Positions 9,017-17,588 of a stretch of DNA of 64,000 nt are shown here, in pieces (positions within the stretch are counted from its first letter, which is position 1; the number at the start of each line of letters is the position of its first letter). This DNA is from an uncultured Acidobacteriota bacterium (GTDB lineage: Bacteria > Acidobacteriota > Terriglobia > Acidiferrales > UBA7541). The stretch lies in contig CAWJBU010000002.1 of the NCBI GenBank assembly GCA_963841235.1, positions 321,274 through 385,273 on the forward strand, written 5' to 3'. A program made the translations under genes and the position numbers. The notes beneath the pieces were generated by a model. It saw nothing but the letters and a program-made list of their open reading frames with translations. It ran no database searches and was not told where the DNA came from.

Positions 9017-10611
9017 AAATGCGTTCTATCCTCTTCGCTCTGATCTTAATCTGCGTGTTCGCGCGCACTTCCCGCGCACAAGTTTCGAGCGAGCAAATTG
9101 AGCATGCGACGCATTCGCCGCAAAACTGGCTCACATACTCCGGCGATTATTCCGGAAGACGCTACAGCGAGCTGCAGCAGATTAATGCCGCGAACGTATC
9201 GCGCCTCGCGCCGGCCTGGGTGTTTCAATCCGAAGTCTCAGGAAAGTTTGAAGCAACGCCGCTGGTCATCGATGGCGTGATGTACTTCACCTCGCCCGAC
9301 AACCATGGCTACGCCGTGGACGCCCGCACGGGCCGCGTGATCTGGCGTTACGACCGCGCACTGCCTTCCCGGGTCATTGCGTGCTGCGGCAGAGTCAATC
9401 GCGGATTCGCCGCTCTAGGCGACAAGTTGTTTCTCGCGACGCTCGACGCCCATGTGGTTGCTCTCGATGCCAAAACCGGCAGCGTGCTTTGGGACGTGGA
9501 AGCCGCAGACTACCGGCTCGGACACTCGTTCACGCTCGCCCCGCTGGTGGTAAAGGACAAAGTGATCGTGGGAATCTCCGGCGGTGAATACGGCATTCGC
9601 GGCTTCGTTGACGCCTACGACGCGAATTCCGGAAAGCGCGCGTGGCGCTTCTACACAGTGCCGGGCACGGGCGAGCCGGGGAATGAAACCTGGGCGGGAG
9701 ACTCGTGGAAGCGAGGCGGCGCTCCGGCGTGGATTACCGGCAGCTACGATCCGGACCTCAATTTGATCTACTGGACCACCGGAAATCCCTCTCCCTCCGA
9801 CGATCCCTCTGTGCGTAAAGGCGACAATCTATACAGCAATTGCGTGGTCGCTCTCGACGCCGACACCGGCAAACTCCGCTGGCATTTTCAATTCACTCCC
9901 GCCGATGCGCATGATTGGGATGCGACCGAAGTGCCGGTGCTTCTGGATCTGAACATCGATGGGAAGCCTCGAAAGCTACTGGCGCATGCCAATCGCAACG
10001 GATTCTTCTACCTGCTCGATCGTACCGACGGCAAATTTCTGCTGGCGAAGCCGTTTGCGCACATCAATTGGGCCAGTGAGGTAGGCCCCGATGGACGCCC
10101 GCGTCTCTTGCCCGCGGCGACTCCGTCGAAAGACGGCACGGTGGTGTGCCCCGCAGCTGCAGGTGCCACAAACTGGATGTCGCCGACGTTCAGTCCTCAG
10201 ACGGGACTTCTCTACGTGGTGGCGCGCGAACAGTGCGACATTTTCACCGCGCTGCCTCAGCCGTTCCATCCCGGCCATCCCTATCTCGGCAGCGTTTATT
10301 ACAAACCGGTTGAAAATAAGCCATGGGGAGCATTGCGCGCGCTGGACCCGGCGACCGGAGAGATCAAATGGGAATTCAAGTATGTTTCGGCGCCGTGGTC
10401 CGGCGCGCTCTCGACGGCGGGCGGCTTGGTCTTCGCAGGAGACATGGAGGGCTACCTGATCGCATTTGACGCACGCACCGGAAAAGATCTATGGCATTTT
10501 CAGACCGGCGCGCCGATCATCGCCGGGCCGATGAGCTTTTCGCTGGATCAAAAGCAGTACGTAGTGATCGCCTCGGGCGACGCGGTGGTGGCCTTCAGGT
10601 TGCCCGACTAA
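9013..10611 (+). CDS. PQQ-dependent dehydrogenase, methanol/ethanol family (quinoprotein)
   Basis: Signal peptide 'MKMRSILFALILICVFARTSRA', the vicinal Cys pair 'IACCGRVNRG', propeller W-motifs and the 'HDWD' catalytic-Asp block. 532 aa. Confidence 0.88.
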   Translation: MKMRSILFALILICVFARTSRAQVSSEQIEHATHSPQNWLTYSGDYSGRRYSELQQINAANVSRLAPAWVFQSEVSGKFEATPLVIDGVMYFTSPDNHGYAVDARTGRVIWRYDRALPSRVIACCGRVNRGFAALGDKLFLATLDAHVVALDAKTGSVLWDVEAADYRLGHSFTLAPLVVKDKVIVGISGGEYGIRGFVDAYDANSGKRAWRFYTVPGTGEPGNETWAGDSWKRGGAPAWITGSYDPDLNLIYWTTGNPSPSDDPSVRKGDNLYSNCVVALDADTGKLRWHFQFTPADAHDWDATEVPVLLDLNIDGKPRKLLAHANRNGFFYLLDRTDGKFLLAKPFAHINWASEVGPDGRPRLLPAATPSKDGTVVCPAAAGATNWMSPTFSPQTGLLYVVAREQCDIFTALPQPFHPGHPYLGSVYYKPVENKPWGALRALDPATGEIKWEFKYVSAPWSGALSTAGGLVFAGDMEGYLIAFDARTGKDLWHFQTGAPIIAGPMSFSLDQKQYVVIASGDAVVAFRLPD

Positions 10612-10641
10612 ATCGCCGCCGGACGCAGCCCTCCTCAATTC

Positions 10642-11656
10642 TTGTCATTTTTCGCCGCGTGCCGTAAATTGTCGGTTCACCCAGGAGCGCCGCTACTCAC
10701 CTTGTCCTCACGCAAGCCACGTCGCAGATCCAAAAAGAAGCCATCAGCAAGGATTAATCCCCGCCGTCGCGCGTCCAGCAAACGACGCGCCCCCGGCGTT
10801 CTCTTCGAAGACCTCCTCGCCTTGCAAGCCCGGCTCCGCGCGCCCGGTGGCTGCCCCTGGGACCGCGAGCAAACCCACGCCTCGCTGCGCACATTTTTAC
10901 TCGAGGAGACGCACGAAGTTCTCGATGCTATGGATTCCGGCGATCCGCGCAAATTCGCCTCCGAACTCGGAGACCTCCTGCTCCAAATCATCTTCCATTC
11001 CCTGATCGCCTCCGAATCCGGCCAATTCGACATCCGCGACGTCATCGAGGCTATCCACACAAAGATGGTTCGCCGTCATCCGCACGTTTTCGGAGACGTG
11101 AAAGCCAAAACCTCCGCGCAAGTCCTTAAGAATTGGGAAAAACTGAAAGCCGAAGAGCGCCGCATCGAATCCGGGGAAGGGAAGCGCGCCAACAAAAGCC
11201 GGAATCAATTCTGAGCGCCGTCCCGCGCGCGTTACCAGCCCTGATGGAAGCCCATCAGCTGACGCGCCGGGCCGCCAACATCGGCTTCGACTGGAACCAA
11301 CATCGAAGAAGTGCTGGAAAAACTAGAAGAAGAAATCAGCGAAGTTCGAGCAAGTAGCGCCGACTCCGCATGCGGGGCCGGCATCCGGCGACCAAAATCA
11401 AGCCAGAGCCAAGTCCAACCGCGGAGCAAGCAGTCCCGCCATAGCCGAAGAAATCGGCGACTTGCTCTTCACCGCCGCGAATCTCGCGCGCTTCGCCGGC
11501 CTCGATCCCGAAATCACGCTCAAAAAAGCGAATCGAAAATTTACCGCTCGCTTCCAATGGATGGAACAGGAAGCCCAACAGCGTGGCGCGCCGCTTGCCG
11601 ATACGCCGCGCGAAACAATGGAAGAGCTATGGAACGCATCGAAGGCGCAGCGCTAG
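10642..11656 (+). pseudogene. mazG: Nucleoside triphosphate pyrophosphohydrolase MazG, interrupted by three frameshifts
   Basis: MazG blocks are spread over three frames. Frame 1 has 'GGCPWDREQTHASLRTFLLEETHEVLDA' and 'RRHPHVFGD'. Frame 3 has 'ILSAVPRALPALMEAHQLTRRAANIGFDWN'. Frame 1 again has 'NIEEVLEKLEEEISEVRA'. Frame 2 has 'EEIGDLLFTAANLARFAGLDPE...RKFTARFQWMEQ'. Shifts lie near 11.20 kb, at 11298 and near 11.36 kb. The start is uncertain. Confidence 0.85.
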
Positions 11657-12438
11657 CCGCCGCGGACATCGAAGTCCGCCACTGCCGCTCGCTCGCCGAG
11701 TACGAAGACTGCCTCCGCCTCGAGCAAATCACTTGGGGCACGGGCATTCTCGTCCCCACGGCAATTTTCGTCGTAGCCCAGGAAACCGGCGGCCAAATTC
11801 TAGGCGCCTTCGCCGGCCGCGAAATGGTGGGCTTCACGCTAGCTCTCGCCGGAATTCACGAAGGCCGCCCATCGCTCCATTCGCATATGACCGCAGTCCT
11901 CGAGCCCTATCGCGATCGCGGTGTAGGCCGCGCCCTAAAACTCTTCCAGCGCCAGGACGCCCTCTCGCGCAACATTCATCTCGTCGAATGGACGTTCGAT
12001 CCGCTCGAGCTGAAAAACGCCCGCTTCAATCTAATGCGCCTGGGCGCTATCATCCGCCGCCTGATTCCCAATTGCTACGGCGTCACCGATAGTCCTCTGC
12101 ACATGGGCATGCCCACGGATCGTTTGGTCGCCGAATGGTGGCTCGATTCCGAGCACGTAAATCGCATAATCGCGGGCGCACCGGCGTCGCAAGAGGAAAA
12201 TGCATACCGGGAAGCCGCTCGCATTTCGATTCCATCCAACATCGCGGAGCTACGCACGAGCAATCGCGCCGCAGCCGAGCGAATTCAATCCACGGTCCGA
12301 GAGCAATTCGAATCCCTATTCGCGAAAGGCTACGTAGCCACCGCCATTGAGTCGGTTAAAACATCAACCGACTACATCCTTCAACCGCAGTCCTCGATCG
12401 CCTCCGAAATCTTGCCGCCAGCGGGGCAACATAAATAA
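11629..12438 (+). CDS. GNAT-superfamily acyltransferase (COG3375-like)
   Basis: ATG 11629 gives 'MERIEGAALAAADIEVRHC...'. The acyl-CoA-binding block is 'VLEPYRDRGVGRALKLFQR'. The ORF-track extension back to 11311 is the mazG region read in another frame. Confidence 0.75.
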   Translation: MERIEGAALAAADIEVRHCRSLAEYEDCLRLEQITWGTGILVPTAIFVVAQETGGQILGAFAGREMVGFTLALAGIHEGRPSLHSHMTAVLEPYRDRGVGRALKLFQRQDALSRNIHLVEWTFDPLELKNARFNLMRLGAIIRRLIPNCYGVTDSPLHMGMPTDRLVAEWWLDSEHVNRIIAGAPASQEENAYREAARISIPSNIAELRTSNRAAAERIQSTVREQFESLFAKGYVATAIESVKTSTDYILQPQSSIASEILPPAGQHK

Positions 12439-12464
12439 TGGCGTCCATTCGCCCGAAGCCACTC

Positions 12465-12487
12465 GTAGCGCCGGCTGCCAGCCGGCG
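12465..12487 (+). repeat. REP-like hairpin GTAG-CGCCGGCTG-C-CAGCCGGCG
   Basis: Perfect 9-bp stem. The core is identical to the copies at 23117, 46574 and 46759. It forms an inverted pair with 12597-12618. Confidence 0.85.
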
Positions 12488-12596
12488 TCTTTGTGCGGCC
12501 CTGCTCGCGCGTGCGCCATGGCTCGAAACCGACGCCGCTCCGATCGTCGGTCCGCTCAGCCAATATTCGCCCGCGTCGCCACGCGCTCACAAGATC

Positions 12597-12618
12597 GCCG
12601 GCAAGCTGCCGGCGCTAC
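12597..12618 (-). repeat. REP-like hairpin, inverted partner (minus strand: GTAGCGCCGGCAGCTTGCCGGC)
   Basis: GTAG head on the minus strand with stem GCCGGCA/TGCCGGC. It lies 110 nt from the plus-strand copy. Confidence 0.75.
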
Positions 12619-12628
12619 GAATGCTCCT

Positions 12629-13735
12629 ATGCGCCTAAAAAAACTAACTCTCCGCGAAATCCATCTCCCGCTCATCGCCCCATTCCAAACCAGTTTCGGC
12701 ATCTCCGATCTCCGCCGCATCCTCCTGGTCGAAGCCGAATCCGAAAGCGCCATCGGCTGGGGCGAATGCGTAGCCGGCGAAGACCCGTTCTATTCCTACG
12801 AAACCGTCGAAACCGCCTGGCACATCCTCGTCGACCACATCTGGCCCAACGTGCGCGAGCACAATTTCTCTTCCGCCGCCGACATCTACGATTTTCTCGC
12901 GCCAATTCGCGGCCACAACATGGCCAAGGCGGCAATCGAGTCCGCCGCCTGGGACGCGGAAGCCAAATCGCGCAAAATCCCTCTCTGGCGTCTTCTCGAT
13001 GGCACGCGCGAAGAAATCCCCTGCGGCGTCTCCATCGGCATACAGCCAAATATCGAAACGCTTCTCGCCAAAGTCGAGAAGGAACTGGCCGCAGGCTATC
13101 AGCGCATCAAAATTAAAATTCAACCCGGATGGGATATCGAACCCGTCGCCGCCCTGCGCGAGCGCTGGCCGCGCATTCGCCTGATGGTGGACGCAAATTC
13201 GGCCTATACCCTGCGCGACGCCGCGCATCTAAAACAGCTCGACCGTTTCTACCTCATCATGATCGAACAACCGCTAGGGTGGGACGACATCTACGATCAC
13301 GCAGAGCTGCAGAAGCAGCTGGATACGCCGATCTGCCTCGATGAAAGCATTCATTCTTACCATGACGCGCGCACCGCCATTTCGCTCAACGCCTGCCGCA
13401 TCATCAATATCAAGATGGGCCGCGTCGGCGGCCACACTTCCGCAAAACGCATCCACGATCTGTGTCTCGAAAATCGGATTCCCGTGTGGTGCGGCGGCAT
13501 GCTCGAATCCGGCGTCGGCCGCGCGCAAAATATCGCGCTTTCAACGCTTTCGAATTTCGTGCTTCCCGGCGACGTCTCCGCGAGCAAGCGATACTGGGCC
13601 GAAGACATAGTCACGCCGGAGGTAGAAGTAACGCCGCACGGCACAATCAAAGTTCTCGAAGCCCCCGGCATAGGCTACGAGCCGCGCCTAGATCGCATCG
13701 AGTCGCTAACAAAACGCGAGGAAGTCCTGAAGTGA
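12629..13735 (+). CDS. Enolase-superfamily enzyme, o-succinylbenzoate synthase / N-acylamino-acid racemase (MenC/NSAR) family
   Basis: ATG 12629 gives 'MRLKKLTLREIHLPLIAPFQTSFG'. Catalytic pattern: 'KIKIQPGWD' (KxK), 'MVDANSAY', 'IEQPL', 'CLDES' and 'KMGRVGG'. 368 aa. Confidence 0.85.
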   Translation: MRLKKLTLREIHLPLIAPFQTSFGISDLRRILLVEAESESAIGWGECVAGEDPFYSYETVETAWHILVDHIWPNVREHNFSSAADIYDFLAPIRGHNMAKAAIESAAWDAEAKSRKIPLWRLLDGTREEIPCGVSIGIQPNIETLLAKVEKELAAGYQRIKIKIQPGWDIEPVAALRERWPRIRLMVDANSAYTLRDAAHLKQLDRFYLIMIEQPLGWDDIYDHAELQKQLDTPICLDESIHSYHDARTAISLNACRIINIKMGRVGGHTSAKRIHDLCLENRIPVWCGGMLESGVGRAQNIALSTLSNFVLPGDVSASKRYWAEDIVTPEVEVTPHGTIKVLEAPGIGYEPRLDRIESLTKREEVLK

Positions 13736-13749
13736 TGCAGGAATCCCCC

Positions 13750-13774
13750 GTAGGGCCCGGTCTTCAGCCGGGCC
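13750..13774 (+). repeat. REP-like hairpin GTAGGGCCCGG-TCTTCAG-CCGGGCC
   Basis: 7-bp stem, 15 nt after the racemase-family stop. Its head and loop are the same as at 2641, but the stem differs. Confidence 0.8.
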
Positions 13775-13801
13775 TCTTCGAGCGAGATTCAGCCAACGCC
13801 A

Positions 13802-14726
13802 ATGATTGACGCCAACCGCCCCCGTCCAACCGTCCTCTTCTCGCTAGTTTCCCTGATGCTCTTCATCTGGACGATCAATTTCATAGTAGGCAAAATCGCC
13901 CTCCGCCACTTCCCGGTCCTGACTCTAGTCAGTTTCCGTCTAGTCCTAGCCTCGATCGTAATGACGCTTGATCTACGTCAGCACCCCGCGCAAAACGCCC
14001 TTCGATCGCAGCGATGGGCCGCTCTTTATCATCCTTGGCATCATCGGCGTAGTCATGAATCAAGGGGGTTTTACCTACGGCTTGAATTTCACCACCGCCG
14101 GACATTCCTCCATCATCATCGCCATAGCCCCGGTAATCGTGCTAATCCTCGCGCGGCTCGTAGGCCTCGAAACCATTTCTCGCCGCAAAGCCATCGGCAT
14201 CTCGCTCTGCTTCGTAGGTGCTGTGGTGCTGGCCGCTGAAAACGGCTTCACCGCCGTCGGCTCGCAAACTCTAAAAGGTGATCTAATCACGCTGCAAAGC
14301 GTCCTCGGCTATTCCATCTTCGTAATCATGGCCAAGCGCGTAGAACATAAATACGACACCGTAACGCTAAACTTCTTCAATTTCCTGGTAGCCGGAATTG
14401 TCCTGCTGCCGCTGGCCATCCGCGAAGGCCTGCGCCTCGATTGGCACAGCGTAGGCTGGGCCGGCTGGCTGGGCCTCTGCTTCATGTCCATCTGCAGCTC
14501 GGTGATCTCCTACCTGATCTACTACTGGGCCCTGCGCCACATGGAAGCCTCGCGCCTCGCCGCGACAACGTACGTGGAGCCAGTCTTCGTCCCCATCCTA
14601 AGCGTCCTCCTGCTAGGCGAACACTTCACAACGCATCTCCTGATCGGCGGCGCGTTGGTATTGACGGGCGTGTACGTAACCGAGCGAGCCCTCGGCGCGC
14701 GCGCCATCCCGCCCGAACCAGTCTGA
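13802..14726 (+). pseudogene. DMT-superfamily (EamA-type) transporter, one frameshift near 13967
   Basis: The N-terminal EamA half is in frame 2 ('FIWTINFIVGKIALRHFPVLTLVSFRLVLASIVM'). The rest is in frame 3 ('LIYVSTPRK...IILGIIGVVMNQ...'). The junction reads 'atgacg c ttgatc'. Removing one base gives a 308-codon gene. Confidence 0.85.
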
Positions 14727-14864
14727 GTTCGCGGTCCGACGCGTCCCGCGCAGCAGTGGTTAGCAGGGACGCCGCCTGCTGCGCCCGCTTACGGGGTGTA
14801 CATTTAGACGGGTGCCCGGCGCGCTAGAAACCGAGGTCCAATCACACGAATCATCGCAACAAAA

Positions 14865-15440
14865 TCATTCCACTCCCTCTACAATCGCGAAAAATGTATC
14901 GAGGTCGGCTCTCTTTCCCCAGAACTCCGCGTGCAACTTTCCCTGAAGCAATAGGCACGATGCAGAAGCCCGCTCGGGCTCCCTGAGATACGAGGACCGC
15001 ATGCAAATAGTCTCTCGACCACCGCTACCGGATCGATCGGGGCCGGAGACAATCGCTTGATCGAAGGCGGAATTCCAATACATCTTCTCCCAACTTTCAT
15101 ATGACTGTTCCAGGGTCTCGTCGCGCCGCGGGGACATTCTCCCAACAGAAACATACGAATAATCATCATGCATCTGCAGCAGGGTGGACGGCAGGCGCAT
15201 CAATAGGACGCTCATGTCCACGCTTCCAGAGGCGGTCCACCCAAATGGCACGGGCACTTTTTCCCCGCGCGATTCGATCGCGTTCCCGTGAATTGCGTGC
15301 CAGCCAAGCATTGCCAGCCCCGGAGAAACAACCGCGACGCAGAATGCAATCGCAAGTACCACCCAAATTGCTCTAGCGAGTCGTGGTGGAACCTTGGAGG
15401 TGAATAGGGGACGCGTTAGCCAGGAAGCATTCACCCCCAC
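14865..15440 (-). CDS. Hypothetical membrane-anchored protein
   Basis: 191-aa ORF with a GTG start and one N-terminal TM segment ('AIWVVLAIAFCVAVVSPGLAMLGW'). I recognise no motif. REP-type repeats flank it on both sides. Confidence 0.5.
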   Translation of the reverse strand: MGVNASWLTRPLFTSKVPPRLARAIWVVLAIAFCVAVVSPGLAMLGWHAIHGNAIESRGEKVPVPFGWTASGSVDMSVLLMRLPSTLLQMHDDYSYVSVGRMSPRRDETLEQSYESWEKMYWNSAFDQAIVSGPDRSGSGGRETICMRSSYLREPERASASCLLLQGKLHAEFWGKRADLDTFFAIVEGVE

Positions 15441-15558
15441 AGTATATGGTCACTTACTAAATTCTGATTCCACTGGGCGAACGACTGTGAGACGGTCACC
15501 GGACCCGACTAGAGTTTGCCCGTGATTTTGGCATTTGCTCTCGGCGAATTTGAAGTTC

Positions 15559-15584
15559 GTAGGGGCGCCGCTTGCTGCGCCCGC
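15559..15584 (+). repeat. REP-like element GTAGGGGCGCCGCTTGCTGCGCCCGC
   Basis: The 29 nt 'ttcgtaggggcgccgcttgctgcgcccgc' (15556-15584) are identical at 18637-18665. A degenerate copy lies at about 14757-14787. Confidence 0.85.
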
Positions 15585-15644
15585 TGCCGGCCACCTCGCA
15601 TTTGCAACACCCCACCCCGCTTGTGCTAACGTGGCTCGATTTTC

Positions 15645-16717
15645 ATGACCCACCGACTCGCCATCCAAACGCATCGCAGTAATCCCCGGCGACGGCATCG
15701 GCCCCGAAGTCATCGCCGAAGCCATCAAAGTCCTCAACGCCGCCGTCTCCAAGAGCGGCAAAAAATCTAGCCCTCACTAATTTCGACTGGGGCGCCGATC
15801 GCTACCTCCGCGACGGCACCACTCTCCCCGCCGACGCTCCCGAAATGTTCCGCCGCAATTTCGACGCAATCCTCTTCGGCGCGCTCGGCGATCCGCGCGT
15901 CCCCACGAATCAGCACGCCGCCGACATTCTCCTCGGCCTGCGCTTCAAACTCGATCTCTACGTCAACGCCCGCCCCTGCTATCTCCTCGACGCTCGCCTC
16001 ACGCCGCTCCGCGATCGCACCGAAAAGGACATCCACTTCATCGTCTTCCGCGAAAACACCGAAGGCCTCTACGCCGGCGTAGGCGGCATCTTCAAAAAAA
16101 ACACCCCCGACGAAATCGCCATCCAGGAAGACGTCAACACCTACAAAGGCGTCGAGCGCATCCTCCGCCACGCCTTCGAATACGCCCGCCGCAACGGCCT
16201 CACGCGCCTCTGCATGAGCGACAAATCGAACGCCCTCACCTACGGCCACGACATCTGGCAGCGCCTCTTCAAAAAAATGCGCGGCGAATATCCCGAAATC
16301 AATTCCAGCCACCAATACATCGACAATCTGCTGATGCAAATTATCCGCGACCCCACGCAATTCGAAGTCATCGTCACGTGCAATCTTTTCGGCGATATCG
16401 CCAGCGACGTAGGCGCAGGCGCAATCGGCGGCCTGGGCGTAGCTCCATCGGGAAATATTCACCCAGGCCAAGTCTCGCTATTCGAACCAGTCCACGGCTC
16501 AGCCCCAACGATCGCCGGACAAAATATCGCCAATCCCATGGGCGCAATCCTAAGCGCAGCAATGATGCTCGATCACATAGATTGGCCAGCCGAAGCCCGC
16601 GCAATCGAACACGCAGTCCAAGCAGCAATCAAACAAGGAATAACAACGCCAGACTTAGGCGGCAAAATGGGAACAAAACAAGTAGGCGACTGGCTGGCAA
16701 ACAGAATATCCGCGTAA
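15645..16717 (+). pseudogene. Isocitrate/isopropylmalate dehydrogenase-family enzyme (tartrate / 3-IPM dehydrogenase-like), two frameshifts
   Basis: ATG 15645 is in frame 3. '[33 protein letters not shown]' is in frame 1. '[17 protein letters not shown]...NLFGDIASD...FEPVHGSAPTIAGQNIANP' is in frame 2. The second shift is at the A6 run 15760-15765. Removing two bases gives 357 codons. Confidence 0.85.
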
Positions 16718-16739
16718 CAATCCCGCTCGCGCCACCACA

Positions 16740-16765
16740 GTAGGGGCCGGGTTCACCACCGGCCC
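16740..16765 (+). repeat. REP-like hairpin GTAGGGGCCGG-GTTCACCA-CCGGCCC
   Basis: 7-bp stem, 23 nt after the dehydrogenase stop, followed by T-rich sequence. It may act as a terminator. Confidence 0.75.
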
Positions 16766-16802
16766 GGTTTAGCTTTGGGTTTTTCCGAGCAGCACCCGCC
16801 CC

Positions 16803-17516
16803 CTACGCCTCTGCATAATAATAATTCGGCCGCCGCGGCCTCTTCGGCAAAGCCAGCACAATCCCCAGCAAAAATCCCCCCACATGCGCCCACCAAGCCA
16901 CACCTCCAGCCGCAGCCGCCGAAGATCCCAGCGAGTTCACTCCGCTCATAAATTGCACCACAAACCACAACGCAATAAAAATCCAAGCTGGCAATCGCGC
17001 AGTGAACCAAATAATAAAAAGCGGCACCAAAGTCAAAATCCGGCTCGACGGAAAAAATAAAATGTAAGCCCCCAAAACTCCCGAAATCGCCCCACTAGCC
17101 CCAATCGCCGGCAACCGCGATCCCCAACTAAACGCCGCCTGCGCCGCTCCCGATCCAATCCCGCAAATCAAATAAAATCCCAAATACCAAAAATGCCCCA
17201 GCTGCTCCTCCACGTCCGGCCCAAAAATCCAAAGGAACCACATGTTCCCGATAATATGCAGCCACCCGCCATGCAAAAACATGGAAGTAAAAAACGGCAG
17301 CAGCGCATCGCCGAGCGCCACTCTCCCGCCGCCCAGCGCCAGCTGCAAATTCCGCGGCACCTCGCCGTAAGTCAAAATGAATTGCTCGGCAGCGTGCGGC
17401 CCCAAACTCAGCTGATACAAAAACACCAGCACATTCGCGCCAATCAGAAAAAACGTAACCGCCGGCACAGTCGTCCGCGTATTCAAATTTTTCAGCGGAA
17501 TCATGCGAATATTCAC
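16803..17516 (-). CDS. Rhomboid-family intramembrane serine protease
   Basis: 'HGGWLHIIGNMWFLWIFG' and the catalytic 'GASGAISGVLGAY' motif, in a multi-TM protein. The start is GTG 17516 or ATG 17504. Confidence 0.9.
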   Translation of the reverse strand: MNIRMIPLKNLNTRTTVPAVTFFLIGANVLVFLYQLSLGPHAAEQFILTYGEVPRNLQLALGGGRVALGDALLPFFTSMFLHGGWLHIIGNMWFLWIFGPDVEEQLGHFWYLGFYLICGIGSGAAQAAFSWGSRLPAIGASGAISGVLGAYILFFPSSRILTLVPLFIIWFTARLPAWIFIALWFVVQFMSGVNSLGSSAAAAGGVAWWAHVGGFLLGIVLALPKRPRRPNYYYAEA

Positions 17517-17545
17517 TCGAAGGTCTTCGACGGAATAGCACGGCT

Positions 17546-17583
17546 GTCATCCCGAGTCCGCCTGGGCGGACGAGGGATCTGCA
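17546..17583 (+). repeat. Palindromic repeat, 'GTCATCC...GGATCT' family
   Basis: 'tgtcatcccgagtccgcctgggcggacgagggatctgc' with central stem GTCCGCC/GGCGGAC. Related copies lie at 33061-33098 and 54305-54342 in the opposite orientation. Confidence 0.8.
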
Positions 17584-17588
17584 TTCTC

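Noticed and set aside
9013-10611. Calling the PQQ dehydrogenase a lanthanide-dependent XoxF-type enzyme.
   Set aside because: The residue two positions after the catalytic Asp ('HDWDAT') is Thr, not the diagnostic extra Asp. The positional match was made by eye only.
11311-12628. ORF-track N-terminal extensions of the GNAT (11311-11628) and of the racemase-family gene (12347-12628). The extensions 18942-19124 (recO), 37505-38047 (ABM), 61611-62051 (XRE) and 56929-57123 (leuS) are the same kind of case.
   Set aside because: The extensions translate to Arg/Pro/Ser-rich strings, cover REP elements or another gene's coding frame, and lie ahead of internal ATG/TTG starts where family homology actually begins.
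15767-16471. 234-aa ORF on the minus strand.
   Set aside because: It lies entirely antisense to the well-conserved IPMDH-family gene. Its Ala/Gly/Val/Glu-rich composition is typical of shadow ORFs in G+C-rich DNA, and it has no recognisable motif.
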